Source: Amoebophrya sp. A120 (Eukaryota; Protista; Dinoflagellata). Taken from it: a DNA stretch of 64,000 nt. The position numbers were made by a program, and so were the translations under genes. This document shows, piece by piece, positions 13,575 through 24,600 of this stretch; positions within the stretch are counted from its first letter, which is position 1, and every line of letters begins with the position of its first letter. The notes under the pieces were generated by a model. The model saw nothing but the letters and a program-made list of their open reading frames with translations, was not told the DNA's origin and did no database searches. Where the stretch lies: NCBI GenBank assembly GCA_905178155.1, contig CAJINV010000001.1, positions 6,729,860-6,793,859 on the forward strand. The letters are read 5' to 3'.

Positions 13575-14990
13575 TTACGAAAAGGAAAAAGCCTCCGCAA
13601 GGTCTGCGAAGACCGATGCGTGTTCTACGTCGTGTTCGTCGTCTGTGTTGTCTAGATACCTGAATCTGAGCCGAACCTCGCCCATTGGCACTAGGTTTAA
13701 CGTCCGCCAGCTCCCTGCTTCCAGGTCGAACCTGGTCGAGTGCAGCGCGTCGCCCGCGAGCGGTACGTCCTCCTCGTTTTCCAGTAGCATGTCGTTTATC
13801 ATCATAGTGGAAAGCTCCACCCGCGCGATCTCGTCGCCGAAGGCGCTTGCGGCGCTCATGCCGAACCCGGCACCCGCCACCGCGCCGGTGACGGGGTAGA
13901 GCGCGCCCCCAAAGACGCCGCCCGCAACCGCACCGGCAGCGGGCATCAGCGCTTGGGCTGCGTCTTGCCCGACGATCTCCTGCCGCTGCACGGTGAGGGT
14001 GAGTTTAAACTTGTGCAAGTCTTCCCTGTCGTAGTTCAGTTGCATCTTCTCTTTGACATTGTAGTCCTCACCGTAGCCAACCTCCTTCACCCGGGTTGCG
14101 CGCGGCTCGTTGTATTTGCCCGCCTGGACGTGGCAAAACCTAGATCGAATTGGCATTTCATACAACGTAGACGACGATCGAGCTGTCCAGCGAAATTGAC
14201 AAGCAACTTGGATAAACCACAAAAAAGTGAACCATTTGGATTTTCGCTTCACGGGATGGTCTTGTGGATGGAAAGATCATCATCATGATACATGCATCGC
14301 ATCTGCGTCATCTGAATCAACAACTACTAGATACAGTGGTCTTGTCTTCGCCTGAAACACCGTCTGGGTCTTCGGCAACCCGGTCACCTGGGCAATCGAA
14401 AGCTCTATCGGCCGGAACCGGTGCATGGAGAAACACGTGAGCATATCGCGACAGTCAGCGTTTATCACGGGATGGTTCTCCAGGCCGAGCAGTTTTATCA
14501 CGTTGCTCCGGTAGCTGAGCAGCAATAGTACGCCTATTATTGCGCCGCAACTCTGCAATAATCGCTCCACATTGGACAGCACGTTTTCTACGGTGTGCAC
14601 GAACAGGAAAAACAACCCGTTCACAGACACGTTTTCCAGCTGGCTCATCACGTACCCGAAGAAAAATAAATTCACGAGCGACAGCAAGAGAAAAACCATC
14701 CTCATCCGTTTTCCCAAGCAGTAGCCAAACAGTCGGTTCCGCATCAGAAACTTCGGCAACAGGTAAAGAACCACCATCATGGAGATGGTCGCGACCAGGA
14801 GGATGTGCTGTCGCGCGTGCAGCTTCCTGACACTGTCGAGCAGGTCGAAATGTGGGGTTGCCGCGGTAGCGGTTGTTGCACCGGTGGCTCCGGGTGCGGC
14901 CGTGGAACTAAAATACGAAACCGGGAAGGGGACCAAGGTCGTCGCCTCCCCTGGAGCAATGGGGGGAGGGAAAACGTCCGAAGTGGACAT
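13575..14990 (-). CDS. Membrane protein with N-terminal TM helices and a C-terminal C2-like domain
   Basis: GT-AG intron 14140-14334 joins ORFs 14283..14990 and 13575..14252 in frame (RPLFCHVQAG). Three hydrophobic helices are followed by C2-like strands (IELSIAQVTGLP; FKLTLTV; DEIARVEL; GEVRLRFRY). Confidence 0.65.
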
Positions 14991-15677
14991 GATGAAGAAG
15001 TTTCTACTTACTTACGTCTAACTATTTCTAGATCAGAAAGTTTCAAAAAATGCGCGAACGCATTTTTTCCAGTAGCGGTAGCGCAGCTCAAACTCTCCTT
15101 CTGAACGAAAGTCCTTTACTTTGAACTGGAAGGCAGCTGACATGCACGTGACTGCAAGGCGCAGTGCGGGCAGATCGCATCGTTGTTCACTCTGTGGTCT
15201 CGCAGGTCGACACATTCCGCTCGAGAGCTTGTAAAGACTTCAGCAGGACAGCGGCACGAGCTGCCCACAGTGAACCAGGAATACAAGCAACAATCAATAG
15301 CACCATTGGTGGAACCTTGTTTGATCATCGTACAATCAACGTGACTTTCCTTCTTGTCTTGACCGTCCTAGTTAAAGTAGTTGTAAACGTAAACCCACTT
15401 CAATGAGTCGATATGAATCGGTTCTGATTCTCTTTGTCATCGTCCTTCTTTGCGTTTTCTGCCTGGTGTTTGACTGTGAGTGAGATCTGCTAGTATTACT
15501 GTACCTGTACGTGACAACAATGCCTTACCCGCATTAGAAAGGCTTAAGCTTTTGCTCCTTGCATATAGTTTATTTTCGTATTTTCTTGTACGCTTTTTGT
15601 TTTTACTTTTTTTGTAATCCATTGATAAACGTTTTCCATTTTGTTCACACCTAAGTATAACCGCGAAAATGACCATT

Positions 15678-18600
15678 CTACTGGTAACGACTGAGGAGAC
15701 TGGCGCCGGAAGACGCCGCCGCTCCCCCGCCTGTACCAGGGTTCTTACTCGATTTTCGCCGTCGCAGGAGACTTTCTGGCCTCTCGAGAGCGCCGAGCAG
15801 CGAGCGGCCCGGCGTGCGGGAAGAAGACGGAGGAGGCACACTGAGAGACCCGATCTGCTCTAGGTTACGCGCCAAGCTACCCGAATTGACTTGGTCTGGA
15901 GATTTTAATTTACACATCATACTAGCGCGGGAGCATATTTGACAGATGACACAACTTCGTACTTCTGAACAAAATTGCGCTTCATTCCTATGAGAACAGG
16001 GACAGGCATGAAAAAAGCCCATTTTATACCGGCAAACCGCAGTCTTTCCTTTTCGGCAGATTCGAGATCTTGCTCCATTTTTTGCACACGCTGCTCCAAG
16101 ACCCGGTTACGCCGGGCAAGTTCCTGGTCCTTCATCGAACTTAACTTGGCCTCCAACCGCTTCTCGGCCGTCTGCAGATTTTGGATGTTTTCCTGCTGCT
16201 GCGCAATCTGGGTTTCCATGTGCGTCACCTTCTCGGACTGCTCCGTTTTCTCCGCCAGGAGGGCGTCGGAGAGGTTCGTTTTTTGGTCCAGCTCCTCCTG
16301 CAACTTCTTCTTGCTTTTCAGCAGACTCCGCAGCTGGTCGCCCACGTCGTCGTGCTGCGCGGTCTCGTGCATCCGCTGCCTGCGCAACGCCTGCAGCTCC
16401 TTCTCCAGTGCCGCCTTCTCTTGTTCTAGCGTTACCTCCCGTGGCGACTTGTTGGCGCTGTGGTACGGTAGTTCTTTGGCGGAAGAAGATGCGGGATCCT
16501 TGTCCGTTCGCCCGCCTGCATTGGGCGTGCGCCAGGAGGAGGAGGATGAACTAGCAGAGGACGACGAGGCTTCTGCATCACCAGCAGGACCATGCTTTTG
16601 CTTTGTTGCCCCTTCCTGCTCTTGCCCCGGTGACGAGGAAGCCGATGCGGAGGAAGCCGCTTCTGCTTCGACAAATGATTCTTTTGATTTACACTTGGAC
16701 TCGACACTGGCGTAGGAACGCTGGATCGATTCGCCCCGCGACACAAGGGACTCCCTACTCTTTTTCGGTGATACGCGGACGCTGGCGCACGGGGGTGTCA
16801 CCGTGGTCAAAACACGCCGACGCTTTGTGGAAAGTTCACTTTGACAGCTTCCCTGCGGCGACCCCTGTTCATCGTGCGGGGAGAATTCTGCCTCTTCTTC
16901 TTTGCCTGCATCTGCCTCGTTTGAAGATGCATCTCCATCTTTTCTCTCAACCAGCGAACCGCCCAGACGCAAATCGGGTACAATTACCTTCTTCTCAGCA
17001 GGAAAAATGTTCACAACAGCGGAAGGCGGGGAATCCACTCCCAAGGAGGCTACGCGTCGGGATGCGGCAGAAGGAGAGGATTTGGAGCTGCTGCGGCTCG
17101 CATCACCTACTACCTGCTGGTTGTTCGCTACAACTTCTCCAAGTAGGCTCTTTACGTGCTTCGAAGTCTCCGCGTCTGCTTCATTTCCCTCCTGCTCAAT
17201 GCGTCTTCGCTTGAGCACGGGCGGGACCCATTCCTGCTCGTCCGCCGGAGCGTCCGCTGCGGAAAGAAGTTTTTTGGAAGAATGCCTCTCTTTTTTTACA
17301 CTTGCAACACTCTCCTGCTCCTGTTGGGGCGTCTCTTCACTCACGCTGCTCAGACCGTCAATCATCTCCTCCAAGTCCTCTCGCGTCCGCTTGCGGGACT
17401 GACTGCGGATTGGAGACGGCGCCATCCGGGAAGTAGACCGTGGAGTGTTACTTGCAGCATGTTGTGCTCCTGCTGGGGACACCGCACGATCTTCGCAAAC
17501 GGCTCCGGCGGGCACGACGTCTGGATCTTCTACTTGTACTTCCAGTTCCGGTAGTGAAGCTGGGGGTTCCTCCACTGAGCCTGCAACATTTACCTCTGCT
17601 TCCTCTTTGCAATTCTCTAGTAGAGGAGGGGCAGCTTCGAGTTGTTCCGCGACGGCGGCTTCACCATCTGGAACCTCTTTACTGCCCAAATTTGCAACGA
17701 ACTCCCCGCTTTCCGGGCAACCTTGCACCGGCGCGAGAAAGAACGTCAGCTGCTCACAGGGGATTTCCGCCGGTGGCGCTTGGTTCATGAAGCCGGGTTG
17801 TTGAAATGCGGGCGGCGGCAGCATGTTGGGCGGCGGGGGCATCATGCGCGGCAGGGACGGGGACGAGCAGTTCCACCACGCGTTGGCGTCGTCGTCTTCT
17901 TCGCTGCACTCATTATTGTACTGAAAGTGCTGCTGCTGTTGCGGCTGATATTGAAACGCGTCCAGGTCGTCCTGGTCTGCTGCCGCTCCTACCTCGCTCG
18001 ACTGACCAAAGTCGTGCCTCTCGTAGTTGTAGTAGACGTAATCTCCTCCACCCAGATACGTATGCCGCTCCGGGCTCGATTCCCACCCGGAAACCGAGGA
18101 CGAATTGTAATCGTACGGCGATTCCTCGTAGCTGCTCTCGCTGTTTCCGTTCTGTTGTTCCTGCTGGTCCTCAACATTTGCAGCGGGACGAGAAGAAGAT
18201 GATGCGGGAGAGCCCGATTGTTGAGCGTTCTTCGAATCAATCACTTTTTGAGAAGATACTTCGTTCTGTGCCGCATTCCCTCCCTCATGCGCTTCTTCCC
18301 ATGCAGGAGCAGAAGTGTGTTGTTGAAGATAGAACTCTTCGAGCCCGGCGCTTTCCGCTCCGACTTCATGATCAAGATCAGCACGCGGGGTTTTACTTTT
18401 CGCCCCGACATCTTCGACTCCGTCATCTTCAAGAAAGCCAACATCGGGGTAAGATGCAGATGCTTCTGTTTTTTGTGGTTCGACAGCGGGAATGTCCTTG
18501 TGCTCGTCCTCCTCGTCGTCCCCTTTTCCCGGCAAAGAGCGACTGGCGTGCAGGGTCGCAACCTGAGCAGTTCCCTCTGCGTCTGCCCCGGCCCCGCCGT

Positions 18601-21600
18601 TCGATGCCTCCTGGAGCATGGAAAACCGCAGACGCCGGGGGCTCTTGCAGCTGTGGAAGTCCACGTACTGGTCCGACTGTTCCTCCTGGCTGGTCCGGAA
18701 AAGCCCTGACGTTGGCAAGAGATCCACAGATTCCTCGGGTGGAATTGCGTCGCCACCCGCGGAAACCGAGAGATACGGAGTCGGATCCTCTTGCTTCTCA
18801 CTTTCTTCGGCTAGATTTGAAGACATTACGCTCCTGCTGTAGACACTCGTGCCATTGTCACCGCCGGGGCCCGCGTTGAGCTCCTGATTGGAGGATCCGA
18901 AGTTCGACGGGGGCACGAGCCGCGCTGGATTTCCTGGAATCACGGCTGGAATCCGCCGCCCGTCCTCGGCTTGCAGATAGAGGTTCAGTGGTGGCGCCTC
19001 CTCGTCGCTGAAGAGCCCTTGTGCTGGAAGGGCAAACAGAGACGAAGAGGTCGGGTAGGACACGCCGAAAAACTCGGGTCGTTGTGCGGTAGTGGAGGAC
19101 GAGGATGCCGCTCCGCCCGCTCCGCCGAACCACGAAGCGGCCGAGGAACTGGAGAATTCCTTGCAGTCTGTACTTCCGAGAGCATCGTCCGCAAACTCGT
19201 TTTTCGCGCCGTCGTGGTTTTGTTTCTTCGCTGACCGGCTCGCGGAGGCGTTCATGTTGTCCAGAAAGCGGAACACCGCATCGACCGCTGCGTCGTCAGC
19301 TTTCTTCTTCTTGGCACTCTGCGACAGCTCTTCCTTGTGCGCGCTCGATGGCTGCGCCACGCTTTCCCTTTCCGACTTATTCGACTTTGAGGCGGAAGAG
19401 AATTCATGTCTTCTTGACAAAGGAGTTTTGGATTTTCTCTGCGACGTGTTCCTTATTTCCGCATAATCTACCGCATTTGGGGCGACTGCAGCTTCTGCTT
19501 CACCTTGTTTCTGCTCGGAGGCAGGGGTAGAAGCTTTGTTCTCTGATTGTTCCTTGCTGTGGTCATCCCCCTGCTCAACCACACTGTCATCTTCGGCGCT
19601 GACACCGAAAGTAGGCGTTTTGCCTCCGGCTTCTTCTACCAGTGTCGTGACCGGCTCGCCTGTCTCCGCTGGTAGATCTTCACCCGCGCGCTGACCGTCA
19701 TGATGGCTCTTTTCGACCCTTTCCTCTCCTGCGCTTGAAGAGTACGGACTTTCGCTGTCTTGAAAAAGGTCAAGCGCAGATAGCGGTTCCTCTTCACCTT
19801 CGACCTCGGCTGCACCAGCATGTAACGCAGTGGTCTGCAACTGGCGTTCTTGCTGATCTTGCTGACGCTCGTCTGCAGCGTTCACGTTCTCCTCCCCCCC
19901 TGACATCGACTCTTCGAAAGAATCGATCGCATTCAGGTTCTTCCGCGTCAAGGCTAGTAGGGGACGCGCCTTCTCTTGCCCTTCGGGTAGTAGTTTCTCG
20001 ACGTTTTCTTCTGCACCATCCTCGTCTTCCTCGTCGAAATCCATGCGAAAAAAGCCACTGTCTGCTTCCGGGGCTTCGCCTAGATCTTCGTCCTCCATGC
20101 AATCCTCTTCTTCGACAAGCTGTTCACCTCTCGGCTGCTCGTCTCTCAACATCTGTGCACCCAACGCAGATCCTTCGTCGACGTCGTTTTCAGCACCACG
20201 GTCCTCGCCGTCTTCGATGCTCCGGTGACTTTCGATGTCGTCGTCGTTTTTTTCCTCTAGTAACTCTGTACCATGCGGCGGGGTCCCATCTTCTTGCTCT
20301 CCATCTCCTTGGACTTGGTCCTGCTGCAACGCCGCGTTATTTTCGTCGGACCACTCTTTTCGGATCTCGTGAATCTCCGACTCATCCAGGTCGTTCTCCT
20401 CAACTTCCGTGATGGGAGACAAGTATGTCCCGCGAAACACCATGGGCTGATCCCCCCTCTGATCGAAGCTCCCGTGATCGAACCTCGGTCCTCTCGGCGT
20501 ATGCAGCATTGGCATATTCCTCTCGATGTCGTCTTGGTACGAGTCAAAATAACCTCTTCCAGCGAACGAATCTTGATAATGATGGTGATGATGATGGCCG
20601 TGGAGGGGAAGATGAACACGATCCTGCTCATCTTCTTGCACCCCTACGCTTCCTTCGCCAGAATGAAAGGAACCTTCTTCTTCCATGTGCGAGGAAAAAT
20701 CTTCCTGCTCCAGCGGCGACAGGTCGCGCGCATCGTCGGCGTCTTCTTCTACTTCGTTGGCTGGAAAAAAACCGTCGCCTCCTTCTTGTTCACGCGACAC
20801 AGCACTGAACTCCTCGTCCCCGTCCTCCAGATCGCCTTCGGCATGCTCGACTATTTCTTGCGCAAGAACTCCTGCCGCTGTGACAGCAGGGGCCTCCTCC
20901 TCGTGCTCCGCTATTTCATCAGGCACCACCGCGCTCTCGCTCTCGCTCATCTGTGGTGCTACAACTTCTCGCTCCGACGAAGATGATGATGAAGTGCCTC
21001 TGTCTGCTTGTTCCTCTTCAATGTGCAAAACAGGTTCGCTTTCATCGCTCGGTTCGTCGGGCGCAACGGAATCATCGTCCGCAGGGTCGTGCTGATCCAT
21101 CGCAGGAGCGCCCTGCGCCGGAGACTGTTCTTGATCCAGATCTGCGTCGTCGTCTTCTTCACTTGGATGTTGCTGAAATCCTGGCCCAGCATCAGATTCT
21201 CCGTCCTGCGCTGGCGACAACATGTCTGCGACCTCATCCTCAGAATCTTGATCTTCCTCAGGAGTGATTGCTTCATCCTTGCTGTCCGCAGCTATGTCTC
21301 TGCCAGCGTCTTCCTCGTCTTCGAGGATTTCATCTTCGTTTCTATTACCGGGCTGTGCGTCGTGGTCTACTCCTGCGTGACTATCACCTCCTACTTGCTC
21401 TATTTGCGAATCGCTCACTGAAACAGAACCAGAAGATTGTCGTGCAACTTCTTCTTCTTGTTCTAATTCTCGCAACATGTTGTCTGCCTCTTCAGCTAAA
21501 TTCGGCGTTGGAATTTCCTCGTGTGCGGCCGGTACTACCGCGAGCGCCTGCTCGCCGTCATGTGAAGGTGAACTTTCTCCTCGTTCTGGTTCTGCTTCTT

Positions 21601-24600
21601 CACGCATATGCTGCTCTACATCCGCAACCGCATCCTGGCGATCTTCAGGATCGGGAGATCTTTCAGCAGCGTTTCCTTCATCTGCTACCTCTACTTCCAG
21701 CATCTCTTCGTCCTCGATTTCCTGTAGTTGCAGCACTGGTAACTCTTCATCTTCTGCTGCACTTTTGGCGACTTTCGGACTTTCCAGTTCCAGCGCAACG
21801 TCATCGTCTTCCGCGTCTTGTCGAAATGCAGCAATTTGATTTTCTGCCGCCAGCTGCTCTCCCTCATGCTCACCTGCCGCCGCAACGCCACCGGATGAAC
21901 AATCTTGATGATCTTCAGCAGGAGCAGGTTGTAGTGGCTCTTCTTCTTCTTCTTCTTCTTCCACTTCGATCGGCGGGTACGGGTCGTCTCGATCTAGTGT
22001 TATGTTTCTGGAATCCAGGAAGCAGTTCTTCGGTGTCTTTCGCAGAGGATCGTTATCCGACTCAACACTCACTTCCGGCGTCACTTCAACACTGCTGGGC
22101 GCAAGATCTTGTTCTGCGGGGGACTTGTTTTCTGATTTCCCCTCACAACTCTGCTCTTCGACTGGCACGGGGGCGGCTGGACCGCTCGTTCTGCTTTTGA
22201 AGCCAACCGGGTACACATTTTCAAGTATCGCCGGCTGCTGGTGCTGCACCGGATCTGCTTGAAAGCTGAACTGATTAAAGTTCGCAGCCTGCACGTCTGC
22301 GCCTTGGTCTGCGTCTATCGGGACGGAGATCGGCGTGTCGAGCCCCGCACTGGCTGCTTGTGCGGAAGATGCGGAATTTTTGCTGTGGTTCATCTTTTCG
22401 CCGTCTTGGACGAGACCAATCGAGGTCATTTTCGATTTCGACGCCCACATGCTGCTCATCCATTGTTGGCTCATCCGCGCAATGGACTCAGGAATTTGTT
22501 TCCCTACTTGCAACAGGGGTTGAGGCTGTTCGGGCGAATAGCACGGCGACTCGTCGATGATTCCGTCGTCGGAAACATGAAATCGTGGAGGCGTTCTGAC
22601 TTTTTCCGGCATAATCTTTGCTGTCTTGGTCAGGGGACAACCAGGCCCTTGTGGTACCGCCGCCGACGAAATCTTTGATGAAGCGGGTACTACTGGCGGT
22701 GGCAACATGGGACGGGTGTGGCTTGAGGATGCTGCTCCGCCAAAGGCTGTTGTACTACTAGACGGCCTTACTGCGGCCACAGAAGATGAAGTAGAGCTAG
22801 ACCCGGCGGCGCCGTTTCCAGGACCACTGCCTCGGCTCGTTTTCTTTTCGTGCGTCTCATGAGGAAATAAACCGGCAGGATTTCTTACATCGTCAACTGT
22901 CCTGTACTGCTGCCGCTCGACCCACACCCTCTGTCTGTCGACGATGTAGAAGGCTCGCTGCTCCTTCTTGCAGAAGTATACAGGAACGCTGCCGAGGCGT
23001 TTACCTGTGACCGTGTCGCGCACGCCAGACGTGGTGTGCGCTAATCGTTTTGTTTTTTCTTTTTCGGTTTCCTTCTCGTGTGAGATTTTGTGATCTTTGT
23101 GTCTATCTCCCTCGTCGCTACGATATTCGTCGGGTCTTCGATGTGAAGGTGCTGATTTAGAAGTTCGAGAGGGCGGCACTGCGAGTTGTTCGACTTCGAC
23201 TGCAGCTTTTTTTGCCACATTATCTGCCGCAGCCCTTGTCAGTGTTGCTGACACAGTACCGGTTCTGGTAGCAGTTACAGTTTGTGGGTAACCGCCTGGA
23301 AGTTTTACTTGAGAGGTACTCGTCGTCCCCGCGGGGGCACTCCTCATATGAGTGTGATAATCTTCCGGTTCTTGCACATCGTCTTTCATTTTCATCTGCT
23401 TCTTGTTTTGCTTGTTCTGATCCCGATCCCGCAGACCTGGCGCTACAAAGCTCGAGCTCGATGATGTTGCACTTGCAGTAGTTGCTGCTGGTGGTCTTAC
23501 TTGTGACGAGGACGACGACGCAGACGCGGCTATTATCTGTACTACTTCGCGAGGAACGACACTTGTGCTTGCCGTAGCCACTTTCGAAGACGATGATGAG
23601 GCACCACCAGTCCGCTTTCCACTTTCTCCTTTCACAACTTCAGCGGATCTTCCGGGTGGCGTCTTACTCTTCTTTGGCGGCTTCGATGCCCCGACATTTC
23701 CATCCGAGGGAGCTTCAATCGGAGTTTGTTGTTCCGCTAAAGGGTGCTTCCTCGGACGACCCCGCCCACGCTTCGTGGTTCCAGCGTCTCCGCTTCCGGG
23801 TGTTGCTGGAACCGACACTCTCGTAGTTGCAGACGAAGTTATTCCTGCGGTGTCATTCGGTCTCTGCGCTGACGCGCTGGACGCTGTGGCTTTTGACGTT
23901 GAACCGGATGATACAGCAGGAGCAGCGAGAATCGTTCGCTCTGCTGGTCTACTTCTTTTTGATGGAGCTGGCTCCTGATTCTCCTCTTCTACAACCTTCT
24001 TGGGACCAAACTGTAACTTCGATGCAGGTTGGTGCTGCGACGCTTTGCTACTGGTTGCTCCTCCTTGGGCTTGTTGTTCTCCGCTGCTCCTATTTGTACC
24101 TGGTTGCAGCTGCGGCACCCCAATTAGGGGTTGAAAGAATTAAGTTTTTGGTCAAGGTTTTGATTTGCGATTTTTCATTTTTTTTCTCCTCGCTCTGAAT
24201 GGAAAAGGAAAGCGCAGACCATCCAGCCGAAAAAGCTCGCTGCGCCGATATCAACATCTCGGCCGGTATCCAGACCAGCAGAAGCCGGGCAAAATGGAGG
24301 CCGCGCGCTTGCTGCTTCCAACCTCTCCCCCGGGTGAATACGATGAAGCCGCGGCGGCATTTTTCTCGGCTTCTGCTGACCTGGACTGCTGGCCAAGATA
24401 TTAGCCTCGGCACCTCCCCAGAAGAACCCCAGACGCATTCCATCCGCCGCGAGGTATTTGGGGCGCCGGGCTGCTGGCCCGGCTTCTCCGCCCCCAGATC
24501 TCATCCTGCGGTGGCGCGTATCGGGGTCCGGGGGAAGAGGCTGAGCAGCTGCGGGCCTGCCCGGCTGGAGGTTTGGCCGGGTCCCGGTTGCCGCCAAGGC

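Noticed and set aside
24124-24130. TTAGGG telomere-like sequence at the element end
   Set aside because: Single copy, explained as part of the TIR.
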